Source: Narcine bancroftii
Lineage: Eukaryota
Direction of reading: 5' to 3'
NCBI RefSeq assembly: GCF_036971445.1
Contig: NC_091481.1
Coordinates: 72,602,001-72,666,000 of the forward strand
DNA: 64,000 bases
Shown piece after piece: positions 50,701-63,250 of this stretch. Both the position numbers and the translations under genes were made by a program. Numbering within the stretch: position 1 is the first letter of the stretch; each line of letters opens with the position of its first letter. The notes below the pieces were generated by a model, which had not been told where the DNA came from, did no database searches, and was given only the letters and a program-made list of their open reading frames with translations.

Positions 50701-53700
50701 CTGCTGCCGTTTTGTGCTTTGGTATAGAAATATGACCAATAATTTCATAATAGTGTCATGGCGAGCTAGAAATTAATTTTAGATTACTGCAATCCTATGT
50801 GGTGCCACACAACTGCTAGGCTACTTTCTGGTGCGGTAATGGCAAGGGAATGGTTTGGATTTGGCACTGCTGCACAACATTTATTAAGGAAAAATCACCA
50901 TCAATTTCTCGCCACTTTCACAGATGTTTTTTCTCCTTCCCTCCATCCTCCCCCACCCTTTACAACCAGTGCACATTTGATTTCTAACTTCTCATCAACC
51001 TGAGAGGTTACCTGTTTTAATTTTTTTTAAATGTAGACCTACAGCATGGTAACACGCCCTTCCAACCCACGAGCCTGTGCCACTCAAATACGCTTAGTTG
51101 ACCTTCAACCACCTCTGGTACATTTTGGAGGGTGGGAGGAAACTGGAGCCCCCCCCCAGGGAAAACCCAAGCAGACACGGGAGAATGTACAAGATGTGCA
51201 TATTATACTGTCCTTGTATTATACTGTCCTTGTATTATACTGTCCTTGTATTATACTGTCCTTGTATTATACTGTCCTTGTATTATACTGTCCTTGTATT
51301 ATACTGTCCTTGTATTATACTGTCCTTGTATTATACTGTCCTTGTATTATACTGTCCTTGTATTATACTGTCCTTGTATTATACTGTCCTTGTATAATAC
51401 TGTCCTTGTATAATACTGTCCTTGTATTATACTGTCCTTGTATTATACTGTCCTTGTATTATACTGTCCTTGTATTATACTGTCCTTGTATTATACTGTC
51501 CTTGTATTATACTGTCCTTGTATTATACTGTCCTTGTATTATACTGTCCTTGTATTATACTGTCCTTGTATAATACTGTCCTTGTATAATACTGTCCTTG
51601 TATAATACTGTCCTTGTATAATACTGTCCTTGTATTATACTGTCCTTGTATTATACTGTCCTTGTATTATACTGTCCTTGTATTATACTGTCCTTGTATT
51701 ATACTGTCCTTGTATTATACTGTCCTTGTATTATACTGTCCTTGTATTATACTGTCCTTGTATTATACTGTCCTTGTATTATACTGTCCTTGTATTATAC
51801 TGTCCTTGTATTATACTGTCCTTGTATTATACTGTCCTTGTATTATACTGTCCTTGTATTATACTGTCCTTGTATTATACTGTCCTTGTATTATACTGTC
51901 CTTGTATTATACTGTCCTTGTATTATACTGTCCTTGTATTATACTGTCCTTGTATTAGACAGTGCGGGATTCAAATCCCGGTCCCGATCACAGCTGGTGC
52001 TGTAACCGTGCCACCCAAACTGCTATTGAACTGGAGACAGATTTTAATCTTCAATCCACATACATCATTGAGCTTTTGCTTTGCTCTCTGATAATCTAAC
52101 AATCACCTTCTTGGTTCTCAATTAATACTAGCAAGTGTTCAAGGTCCCTTTCATCAGCACTGAATGTCATTTCCAGGTGTTTGATCTCATGACCTCCAAC
52201 GTTCCTTCCACATGCCCATCTGATTGGTTCTATGCCGTCGATTCTGCCTTCCCTGCCAACCAGAAGTGAGTGTCTGCTTCCTGATTGGAAGATTCTTGGT
52301 TGGCAGTTAGTTCCCATGAAATGTTTCTCTGTGATTTGCTGAATCCTGGAACAGCGCCTGAATGGTTGATTATGCCAAAGGGCAATGGGCAGGCTGGGTT
52401 TTCCACTTCTGCTACAAATAGCCCTCCGCACTAAGACCATAGGGACGTAGGAGTAGAAGTAGATCATTCAGCCCATTGAGTCTGCCCTTCCATTCAATCA
52501 TAAGCGGATCTCTCTTCTCATCAACCTGAGCTGTTAACATTGCTTCTCTTACCATAGATGGTAGCCTGTTTTCATTTTTTAAAATTTAGACATGAAGCCA
52601 GGTTGTAGGACCTTCCATCCCACAATCCCATGCTGCTCAATTACACCTGATTTGACCTATACCCCTGGTATGCTTTTGAAGGGTGGGAGGAAACCAGAGC
52701 CTCCCGAGGAAACCCACAGACATGGAGAGAACGTACAAACTCCCTGGAGATAGCGCTGGATTCAACTTTGGTCACTGGTTCTGAGAGTGTTGTACGAATT
52801 GGCTTTCATTCTTAACTCCAGAAACAAAGGTGTGAGTTGCCCACCTGTTGATATTTTTTAAATGATTATGTCCCACTTTACTTCACAGATGTACTTTTAA
52901 CTGTTACCTCTGGTACAATAAAGTTTAGCTTCTGGTTGTTCCAGGTCTCTAAGGCATGCATCTAATCTGTATCCTATCATTTTAGGCGCTATGCCAGAAG
53001 ATTCCAGAGCTGATCCAAACTATAATCAGTTGGACGATGGAATACATCCGGGAGCATATTCTACGTTGGATTCGAGACATTGGGGGATGGGTGAGTTTTT
53101 ACTGATGCCATCACACAATGTGTGATCAGAGAGCAGGAATTTCCTCAGCATCATTCTTGGTGAGGGAAGGCCTGTGACCTGGAGAGAGTCACGGGTAATA
53201 GCAGCAGAATTCTTCTGCTCTTTAAAAGGCTGGGGGGTGTTAATGAATAGAGAGGGACATTCCATGAGTCCCTCTTCCATGTGTCCTTTATCGTTCCCCT
53301 GGCACAGTTGAAATGTCTCATTTATTCCTATCTTTTTACTGTTAACCTGTTCTCTATCCACATTAACAAAGTTGTCTCTTTTACCATGGGCCCTTGTGCC
53401 ATTAACTTTTTTGTCAGCTAATCAAATTTTTTGCTGGACAGCCAAATGTACTGTATTTTAGTTTTTAAACAAGTGTTGTCCTCAAAGTAAATAGAAGGTT
53501 GGACAGATGAATTGGACTGGAGTTTGTTGCAATAAAGGTGCTAATTGAACTACTCAAGCAATTCCTTATCCAAATCCGTCCGTGGAAGGGGGAATCATTC
53601 TGTATCAGCACAGAATTGGCTGCACCAGTCTACAGGAATAGCAGTATGCATTGCTGCATCCCCCATTCATGTGAGGTATCTGGCGCGGAAATGTTTGTTG

Positions 53701-53878
53701 CTGTGTCTCAAATAACTTGCTTGATAATGTGTGGAGTATAAGCAAGAGTCGATGGTTCAATCTGACCCTCTTTTCCCCACAGGAAGCACTGCTGGGTACC
53801 CCCACCTGGCAAATCATTGCCATCTTTAGCCTGGGAGTCCTCTCCACTCTGGCTGTGGTGTGGTGGAAATCGTCCTAA
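41504..53878 (+). CDS. BAX: Apoptosis regulator BAX; 6 exons, 651 nt, 216 aa
   Basis: Exons 41504-41600, 46373-46421, 48890-49057, 50131-50266, 52986-53090 and 53783-53878 join in frame. BH3 [19 protein letters not shown]1 [23 protein letters not shown]2 [14 protein letters not shown] before the TM helix. Exon 4 and 5 sizes (136, 105) match human BAX. Confidence 0.96.
41735..42207. repeat. G-rich 30-31-bp minisatellite, about 15 copies, at the start of BAX intron 1
   Basis: Unit ggggtggtatgtgggggtaggagggggcatt. Confidence 0.95.
46373..46421 (+). CDS. BAX: BAX exon 2 (helix 1)
   Basis: tttttag acceptor; [17 protein letters not shown] (human SSEQIMKTGALLLQG); donor GTAAGT. Confidence 0.93.
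46880..48835 (-). mobile_element. Cluster of CR1-clade LINE fragments in BAX intron 2
   Basis: Minus strand gives [22 protein letters not shown] (RT), GDFN (endonuclease) and [13 protein letters not shown]. Confidence 0.8.
48890..49057 (+). CDS. BAX: BAX exon 3 (BH3)
   Basis: FIVDR...[22 protein letters not shown]; donor GTGAGG. Confidence 0.95.
50131..50266 (+). CDS. BAX: BAX exon 4 (BH1)
   Basis: [45 protein letters not shown]. Confidence 0.97.
51201..51957. repeat. 16-bp minisatellite, 47 copies, in BAX intron 4
   Basis: (tattatactgtccttg)47 with a single variant, tataatactgtccttg; lies inside a SINE. Confidence 0.97.
52986..53090 (+). CDS. BAX: BAX exon 5 (BH2)
   Basis: [35 protein letters not shown]; donor GTGAGT. 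Confidence 0.96.
53783..53878 (+). CDS. BAX: BAX exon 6 (helix 9, TM anchor)
   Basis: ccccacag acceptor; [31 protein letters not shown] then TAA. Confidence 0.95.
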   Translation, partial: EALLGTPTWQIIAIFSLGVLSTLAVVWWKSS

Positions 53879-55606
53879 AGCGGTGTATGAAGATCAGGGG
53901 AGTAGCAGAGGCAAGTGTTCCGGTGTGAGTGGATGCTGCTCGAGGTGACATTAAACTGCCATGGGCTGTGGACTCAGCTGCAGAACAGATTGCAGCTATT
54001 TGGTTTTGCTTCCTGCCATTCGATGGGATAATACCACTCACTTGCCCTTGTGGTTTCTCCCAAGGACCAATCCACTGTGGAGCAAGCATTTCTCAGTGCA
54101 GAAAATGGGTCTTTGAGTATTTGGAGTATCTAAGCTGCACTTGTTTTAGTTGGGGTGGGGGGAGGGGGGGAGGTTTCGACTCAAGCTGGGCACACTTGTC
54201 AGCAGAATTAGTTTTATAACTGCCAGCTCTCCAACATTCTGCAGCCATTTGCTTCTGTTTACTTGTGGTCTCTATGCGGAGAACTCTGGCTGTCACTGGT
54301 GGCATGTGGCTGAGGAGTGCAAACTGCTCCAAGCATCCATCAGCAATAATTTGTTCCGGATGTTTTGGGATGGACCTCGCTCTAGGTCCCAGGTTTGCAA
54401 CACTGTCCATTCTTCCCAGGGAGCTCAAACCTTCATTGTCTGCTGCCTATATGCTTCATGCAATGTGGGCACATCTTGTGGGAAATGAAGGAGTCATTTT
54501 AAAAATGGAGGCAAGGTGATGCCTTCTTCTACTGGAATGTGAAGGCTGAAGAATCTAAGTGAGCTTTGAGAGGTGTGGGAGAAACTAAGAGTGATTGGTC
54601 ATCACAAATGAATTGACTATTTGCATGTTGGGTATGGACTTGTTCAAATTAAATTAAAACTTTGCTACCAAGAAAATTAACTTGGATTGTTTGCTGAAAC
54701 TGAGACAAGATGGGAGTTGTTGACTTTGTTGCAAGTTACATGCTGGCTTCGGCATTGGCGAATAAGCAGAACTAGCTTGGTGTTCTTTCATTCCTCACCT
54801 TTTGGGTGACCATTGCAACTTGGTCCACTGAGATGTCAAATCCAAGCAGGACTCCTACTCTCGTGTTCACCATCTCCCCTTGAACCCCTGTTCTAAAGGG
54901 CGGGGCTTCATTTCCTGAAGTGGTTGGAATGTCGTTCAGTGTTACGGTGGGAGGGATGGTCTGCTAGCAATGGCAGAGACTGGAGTATAGGAGATCAAAC
55001 ACTTTCTCTGACCTTCCCTATTTTGCACAACCATTACAAAGGCAGCAGCTGATGCGGATAGCAGGCTCACAGCCATGCAAGTCCTTGGAATCACAATTTC
55101 ATTTTCATCCCAATTGGTCACAAGTTGAGAGCTAAAGCTGACGAGCATGATGGAGGCATCAAGGGGTAAGCAGGAAGGTATGGGGGGGAGGGGCCTGATG
55201 GAAAGAGGTGGTCAAGCAGATAAACCACACTGACATTCCCGTGAAGCTGATGAAGCCTTTGCTTCATCATTGAGGACTAACAGTTACAGCAACAATCTGT
55301 ATGTGTCCATGAAACACTCCTTCATGTAAACTCTGCAGAGAGAATGATCTATCAGGTATTAAGAGGTGAACAGACCTTTGTTTATTTTTTGGAAATAGGG
55401 CGACAGAATCTGATCCTTTATCTGATTGGGCTTTAATTTTTCATGGTGAATTTGCAGTAGGTTGTGACTGAGAAAAGTGGCTGGTGATTGGCAGTGTTTG
55501 GAGGTCCCTTGATGGAAAGATGTTTTGGATTGCCCAGATAACATGTGCCTTCATTCCACTTGGTTCGCTAAATAGCCACATGTACCTCTCTGGGGAACCA
55601 AAACTA

Positions 55607-56252
55607 CCATATATGCTTGTATAATTGTCAATTTTTTTTTTGGCCAAAAAGGAGGGGTTGACTTTTACTCGGGTCAAACATTTAACCTCATGAAGTACCT
55701 GTATCATTCAAGGTGTTGAGAGCTCGGATGGGCTGGACCGTGTGGTAAGTCTGCGGTCGGGAGCTAGGAGGGGCGAGTGGCCAGGGCGAGGGTCTGTGGT
55801 TGGGAGCTTGAATGGTGAACAGCTGAGGTGAGAAACCACAGTCGTGGTGTCAGGAGCTTGAATGGCGGGGTGGGGGGGGGCGGGGTCGGTCAGGGCAAGA
55901 GTCAGATGGAGAAGTGGCTGGGGTGAGGATCTGCGGCTGTAGTGTCGGGAGCTTGGATGTGGGGGGGGGGGATGCAGCCGGGGTAAGGATCTGCGGATGG
56001 AAGCTCAGATGGGTGAGTGGTCAGGGTGTTGGGAGCTCTGGCGGGCAGCCAAGGAGAGGGCCCACTGTCAGGAGCTGGGATGAGCAGGCCACCAGGGAGA
56101 GGGTCCGCTGTCAGGGCATCAGGAGCTCAGACAGGTGGGTCGTCGAGGCTAAAAATTGCGGGGGGGGGGGGTTCAACGTTTACATGGGTCATGGAAATAC
56201 CTGATTTTTCAGCCAAAACTTTTAGGGTCGACTATTAAACAAGTATATATGG
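55607..56252. mobile_element. Non-autonomous Tc1/mariner (Tigger/pogo-like) element downstream of the BAX stop
   Basis: TA-flanked TIRs ccatatatgcttgtataattgtc / gactattaaacaagtatatatgg. Confidence 0.7.
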
Positions 56253-57796
56253 TATATCCCCCCCGCAGCACAGTTCCTTGAGCACAGTGGCAGTTTGGCA
56301 AAGAAGGTGAAGTTGTGCTGTGTGCTTATTTCAGGATCTGTGTGGCGAGCGTTTGTTAAACGCTGCTGGCTCATTGTTTTGCCTGGGAAATTTGCCTTTT
56401 TGTACATGAGCAGTGATGATTGACCACTCCCTGTGAAATGGGGCCACACCTCGAAACTGGAGGTGATGCACAGCCATTGTTTTAAATGTATTTTATCCAT
56501 GTGATAAAGCTCAGGGTTGGACGCAGAGCCTTTCAAGGATTGCTGAGAACCCATGGGATTAAGGGAAAGGTGTCTGCTGCCTTATAATTATGCTGATGTT
56601 AGTTGGGTACCTGCTCGCCATCCCTTGTTGGCCAATGGGCTGATGCTGTAAAGCTGCATGTTTACTTCCATGACCTCCTTCAGATGCCTTGTCTTTGGTG
56701 TAAGAATGTGAAATTACTTTATTGCTGTGAACATTTGACCAATACTTTTTAATTCCTGATGAACTCTGTTCCTACACTTGTTGTCCTTTCAAGGAGATGG
56801 AGTTAAGACCTTTGTGGGCATTATTTTTGGTGCTGCCTCTAACATGAAGCAGATCTGGGCCACCCTGCATGGTGGAGTTGTAGTTCCCAGCAAGGCATGG
56901 GGTTTGATCTCTACTTTCGATGCCTGTTCCACTGTGTGCTCTTTGTTCAGTCCTTGGACCATTGGGACAGACTCACCTATCCCATAACCTCATTTCAAAG
57001 GTTCAGTGCTGTAATTATCCTCCGTGGGGATGGTTGTCAGAATCTTTAACATACCTTACTCTGGGATTTTATACTGTATTAAAAATGCATGTCTGTTTCA
57101 TGGTCGTTGAATCCACAGTAAAACCAGTCACTGATGCATAAAGTTTGGAGAATCAAACATTTGCACAGGGGAGGGAGGTTGAAAGTGATCCTTTTTAAAC
57201 TGCTATGTGCAATTCTTTCCTGAGAGAACTTCATTTCATCACTAAATTAAATGGCAGGAACCCCGCCCCCCCCCCTCCCCATTCTCAAACCAGTGGCCCT
57301 AGTTCCAGACTCTCCAACCAGAGGGAGTGGTCTCGGTATTCACCATCAATGGCCATCTCGTGTAGCTTTCATTCCTCTAAATTCCAATGGCGCAGCCTGG
57401 TCTTTCCTGATAATCCTTTGAATATTGCTGCTGGGTCTGGTACAGAACAAAGCCCATCGCTGCTCTGGGGGTGGTTTTACTTGGTGGAAGGATTGACATT
57501 CAATGTGTAAACTCACCCCATTCAGCTGAAATACCAGTCCATATTAACCTTGTGCAGCAAACCTCCTGGCACTGTCTATAAAGTTGGCAACTGGGGAAAG
57601 TTAATCAACCACTCAAGTTCGCTGCTCAATACAATGCCCTTCCTTTATGTGGCACCAATCCTGACCCTTTCGGAACTTCCCAAAAAGCAACACGAAACAT
57701 TTTGCATTTTAGAAGTTGTCCACTGCAGACTCTGTCTTCTTGCATTTAAACTGTCTTTGCCTTCAAAAATAATACCTTGCCTTTATCTGAATCATT

Positions 57797-58913
57797 AATA
57801 AACGTGTAAATGCTGAAGGTATGGTATGCTTCTTTGTGCCAACCGAGGAATAAAAGCATTCCAAACTGAAAAGACTCCTCTAAATGGCCATTATATTACC
57901 CATCCTGCCAGCCTCGTTTCATTTACCCAACCCTAAAAACATGAGGCTGGAGAAACTCAGCAGGTCAAACAGTCTCCTTTATGTAGCAAAGATAAAGGGA
58001 CAGAACCAAGGTTTTGAGCTTAAGTCCTTCATCCTTTGGGCGCCTGCCTACATTTTGCTCAAACCTTGATGAAGGGCTCAAACCTTGGTTCTGTCCCTTC
58101 ATCTCTGCTACATAAAGGAGACTGTTTGACCTGCTGAGTTTCTCCAGCCTTGTGATTTTACTTGAACCCTGGGGTCTGCAGACTCTCGTGTTTTACTCCC
58201 ACCACTAGTTTCATTTACCTGCCTGTTTATGGAACCATGTAAAATCACAATGTAATCCATCCACCATCTCGCCGCCTTCTGTCCTGCTAGTTACTTCCAC
58301 AAATACCCTTTCACAAACAAGCTTGGCAAAATTACAGTGATCTTCAATGGTTCGGCATTGGCTTGCTTGATCATTTTTGCCACATTTCAGTTTGACTCTC
58401 TCAGACCTGATTTATTATACTCCAGGATAACATTTCCTTTTAAATATGCCAAATACACTGGGAAATGTATAACCCTACAATCGAACATCTTCAATGTGGT
58501 GTGTTAATAAGCAGTGCTCCAGGAAATCTGCTAGATTGTGAACCTTGTGTGCTGGTTTATTGATGTTTCACTAATACCTCGGTTTAAATATATTTTCCCC
58601 AGTCTCCACAATGCCCTTGAAATGGCTTCATTCTGCTGCCTCCCTGCTAAATCCCATGACTTTAACTGACTTTACCAATTGGGGTCGACTGTCAGCAGGT
58701 GATTGTTTTCTCTTTTAATGATTGATCAGCCCTGATGCTAATTTGAGTTGCTGCTCTGCTCTATGGTTTTACTGTGTTCAGCAACCGGTGCTGAGCTTAA
58801 TCTCTTAATACAAATACATCATGCTGTTAATCTATATTGCAATTTAAATATCATCAAATTACTTTTTGTACTCTGGTAAATTCCTTATTTTTAGTGATTT
58901 TTTTCAGAATAAA
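57797..58913 (+). terminator. Candidate alternative BAX polyadenylation signals
   Basis: AATAAA at 57797, 57849 and 58908; the last is followed by GT/T-rich sequence. Confidence 0.3.
57944..58150. repeat. Fold-back inverted repeat made of two Penelope-like termini
   Basis: Arms at about 57944-58013 and 58080-58150 are near-perfect reverse complements. Confidence 0.85.
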
Positions 58914-61087
58914 TAACTTGAATTTGAGTTTAGTGTCTGATTTCTATGTGCTGCCAACGTTAATGCATTGGTTCAGTGTTAACAAATAGCAGAACACCAA
59001 GTGTTCCCAGTACCTCCATCTCCGAGTTCGTGCTTGGAGGGAGATGGAGATTGTCACCACCACGTCTGGTAAAACAGTTCCAAGTCATTGATCCGTTCAT
59101 GATTAAATCTAGGATTGGAATCGATTCGTAATGAAAACCACAAGTGGGGAAGAAGAGCCACGGACAGTGTGCTGAGATGGATAGAGAATTTCTTGTCTGT
59201 GATATCAAGGGCATCTAGACAAACAAGGAACCTAAAGCTGGCAGGCAAAGGCATATTATTCTGTGGCAGTGTATTTAGTTTATAAAGGCCAACAGGGTTT
59301 AGCAAAGCTGCCTCCTCAAAGACATGGTCTACTGTAATGGAAGAAAGCCACCAAGGCCAGATCAGACGTAGGAAGGTCAGTCGCCAGCAGACAATAAGGG
59401 GAGCAGAGTCTCCAGGACTCTGCGTTTGTATGACAGCCCATTCCTAACCCTCCACGCCTTTGACACCAGGTAAAGCAGAAGAACATGCACAGCAGCAATG
59501 AAGTGTGGAGTTGTGAAAACGTCCAGTTACCGCTGCAGAAGAAATCAAAAGTGACCCAGAGACTGGGAGGAAAAAGCCTCCAGGTGGATGCAGTGGCCAA
59601 AGCAGTAGCTGATAGAGTCAAGGTCATGGGCACAGCAACCTATTCTCAGCCCTCTCTGCAGCAGCTTTTACACTTGTCTGTAGAATATGTACAGCCTCTT
59701 GCATCTTTCCTGTGATCAAGGTTTGAAATGATATAGAACATTGCAGTACAGGTCCTTTGGCCCACAAACTTGTGCCAACACATAGAAACTGCTCAACAAT
59801 CTAAGCCAGTGGTTCCCAACCTTTTTTTCCCAACTCACATACTACTATAAGTAACCCCTTACTAACCACAGAAGCACCCATGGCATCCCATGTCGTAGGT
59901 TGATGTAGCGGTTAGCGCCACACCTTTTTACAGTGCCAGAGATTGGGACCATGGTTCGAATCTCGCACTGTGTGTAATGAATTTATGTTCTTCCTGTGTC
60001 TGCGTGGGTTCCCCCCCCGGGACTCCGATTTCTTCCCACCATTCAAAATGTACTGGGGTTGTATGTAAATTGGGCGGTGCAGACTCGTGGGATGTCTAAT
60101 TTTTTTAAAATTAAATTTAAACTTTCCCTACCTCACACCCATAAATAACCTATTTTTCTTTCATCCAGGTGTCTGCCTAAGAGTCTTTTAATATCCCCAT
60201 TATGCTGCCTACCACCACCAACCCTGGAAATGCATTCCAGCCACCCACTACTCTATATTTAAAAAAAAAACTTACCTCTGACGTCTCCCTTCAACTTTCC
60301 TCCCCTCACCTTGTACAGATGTCCTCTGGTTTTTGCTACTGTCACCCTGGGGAAAGGTGCTGCCGTTCACCCTGTCGATGCCTCTCATAACCTTGAGACC
60401 TCTTTTATGTCACCTCTCATCCTTCTTCACTCCCGACTGTGTTAACCTTGCCTCACAAGTTGCATTCTCCAATCCTGGTCAATCTCCTCCACACCCTCTC
60501 TAAAGCTTTCATATCCTTCCTGTAATGAGGCAAACAAAACTGACGTGTGGTCTCTCCAGAGTTTTATTAGCTCACTGCTCTTGAACACAGTCCCCTGACT
60601 AGTGGAGCCCAGCGTAAGCCTTCTTTTAACTGTCCTGTCAATCTCAGCTGCAACCTTGTGAGATCTATAGAATTGGACCTCAAGGTCCCTGTGTGATCCC
60701 ACACTGTTAGGAATCCCACTATTAACCATGTACTCTGTTCTGTATCCTGTTAAAACCTACACAGCCTTCAGCATTATCCACAACCCCTCCAACCTTTGAG
60801 CCATCTGAAAACTTACTGACCCATCCTTCTGGCAGGGAATGTGAGCTGACTGTTAACCCTGCATCTGCCAGCACGTTGTTGCTGCCGTCGAGGCCCACAG
60901 ATGACGATTGGTTTAGAGCGCCCTAGAGAAGAGCAAAAATCTTTGCTTTGAGCATAGCATTGGTATAGGAAATGTTTGCCACCTCGGGGGCTGTCAGTGT
61001 GGACAGGCCAATTTCTAGTGTATAGACACATGTACTAGAAAACTGTTCTAGATCCTCTCGTATTTTGAGACGACTCCTATCCGATAA

Positions 61088-61685
61088 CAGTGGACAATGA
61101 AGATTTAGCTTTTTTGGGTGCATTTTATGGATTTTGGGCTGATCACAAAAATGACCTTAAAATTTTACTGTCACGTACCTTTTTTTTTAATACAACCTAT
61201 TTTTGAGATTTCCTGTTACATTTTCAGTCTACTTCAAGTGTACAAAACCATGAAGTGCTACATGTCGGTGAAAATTCACTTTCTGCATTCGCACTGGGGC
61301 GTATTCCCTGCTGATCTCAGTGCTGTCAGTGACGAACATGGTGAAAGGTTTCACCAGGACATTGCGACCGTGGAAAAGCGGTATCAGGGCAACTGGAATC
61401 TATCAGTGCCGACCGACTGTTGTTGGACACTGACACGAGAGGCATCAGATGGTGAGTACAAATGAAAATCAGCGGCAAAACATTTTTAGGTCAGTCGAAC
61501 TAACGCAATGTGTCAGCGTCATTATGCAATTAAACAGGCTAAATTCAATCAAAAGTTAATGTTTCTCCAACTTCCTATGTGATACAGCAAATCTGAAATT
61601 ATCTTTGAGTTCATCTTGAACGTGTCTATCATAATCCCCAATTTCTTTTCAGGAAGCAAACCCTTTTAAAAAATGTTGTCCAGTG
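61088..61685 (+). mobile_element. Non-autonomous CMC/Chapaev3-like DNA transposon with transposase C-terminal remnant
   Basis: Ends cagtggacaa...gttgtccagtg; KIHFLHSH..FPADLSAVSDEHGERFHQDI...EKRYQG.W...CWTL. Confidence 0.75.
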
Positions 61686-61974
61686 ATCATTTCATACCCA
61701 AGTCTGAAGGTCTCACTCATCATAAGATGAAACAGGAAAACAGACCTTTCAGCTTGCCTCAAATGTACTAGAGAAACTCAGCAGGTCATGCAGCAGGTAA
61801 CTGATAACCAAGATTATATGCCTGGGCCCTTCAATTTGCCAAATCCATACTGAACATCAACCACTCACTTGCATTCATTTCATTGTATTCTCTTGAGCTG
61901 CCAGAGGTGAGAACCATTAACATTTAAGACATTTAGATAAGTACACAGGAAAGGTTTAGAATAATATAAAGCAT

Positions 61975-62399
61975 TGTTATAGATAGAGAATTTGGGTTAA
62001 AAAGGGTTTAAGTTAAAATGTGATGATTAGTCATAAAAGGGGGCTAACCACTAGAGTTTAGCTGGAAAATGTTACAACAGACTTAACTACAGAGAGACAT
62101 GCAGGAGCCAAAGATTGATAAAGAGTGAAAAACAGAATTTGGTGTGAGCAGAGGTCATGAAGGATCGTGGTGTGTGTGACTAACAGTAATCAGGTTGATT
62201 CTGCAAAAACTAACCAATTAAAGCAGTGTAGTGGAGATGCCGAAGGACAAGCAAATTGTATAAAAAAACAATGCACTGTATGTATCAGGGCTCGACTTGG
62301 CAAGAAGCCGGTTGAGTCCAACTCTGCAGACTTGAGAATAAAGCTTGTCGTGTCACCGATCTTAAAGAGACTCATTTGTGAGAATTTGTGTTTCTGACA
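61975..62399 (+). mobile_element. Solo LTR (425 bp)
   Basis: TGT...ACA termini, 4-bp TSD GCAT (61971-61974 and 62400-62403), internal TATAAA near 62259 and AATAAA at 62337. Confidence 0.75.
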
Positions 62400-62914
62400 G
62401 CATAACGTTCAGATTTATTGCTAGAGTACATACATGACATCATATACAACCCTGAGATTCTTTTACCTGCAGGCCAGCAGAACTACCACTTGGTGCAAAA
62501 AAAACTCTACACAGAGTACACATGTAAACAAATAAAGAAATGTAAACAAATGACTGAAATAGAGAGAGACTATAAAGTGCAAAAGTCTGAGTCCCTGATT
62601 GAGTTTGTCGTCAAGGAGTTTGATGGTGGAGGGGCAGCAGCTGTTCCTGAACCTGGTGCTGCAAGTCCTGATGGCATCAGTGAGAACAGAGCGTGTACTG
62701 GGTGGTGTGGATCCTTGATGATTGCTGCTGCATTCCTGTGGATGTTCTCGATGGTGGGGAGCATTTTACCTGTGATGCCCTGGGCTGTGTCCACTACCTT
62801 TTGGCCGATGTTGGTTGAACCCCAGATTCTCCCGTTAACTTGCATGCTAAGGGACAATTTGCAGCACCTAGTTAATCTGCCAACCACTTCCTTGGGATGT
62901 GGGAGATTTTTTAA

Positions 62915-63250
62915 AAACAAAAACAAAAATAAACTTTATTCACAATCAATTATGTACAAAAGGAAAACCATTCAAAGTCCTTTCCCACCCTTAGTTTTGT
63001 ACGTGGTTATATTCATCCCCTTTGGCACCTTGTTACTCCCCACTCTGGTTTGAGAGGCTTCCCCTCGGTCTCAGCCCCTCAGTGCCCGGTAATGGGAGAC
63101 CTTAATTAAGACTGCGGTCCTTCCCCACAGCGCCCTCAAGTTGGCCACACTGAGCCCGAGTGTGTCCCTCGGCACGTACTCCTGCAGCCTGGGATGTGCC
63201 AGTCGGCAGGATTCCCTCCCCGACATCATCGTGGGGTGTTAGACCAGCAC
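62915..63250 (-). mobile_element. Tx1-like LINE 3' fragment
   Basis: Minus strand reads CRLAHPRLQEYVPRD..LRALWGRT, followed by a 3'UTR with AATAAA. Confidence 0.55.

Noticed and set aside
51046-52091. [16 protein letters not shown]-repeat membrane-like ORFs, or a CRISPR-like array
   Set aside because: Pure 16-bp tandem repeat with no spacers, open in all three frames; eukaryotic intron, no cas genes.
53091-53105. BAX-beta-like intron-5 read-through isoform
   Set aside because: Read-through adds only VSFY before TGA; no evidence it is used.
58960-59715. Possible exons of a convergent downstream gene
   Set aside because: Unique-looking sequence, but no recognisable protein or consistent splice pattern; it may be UTR or intergenic.
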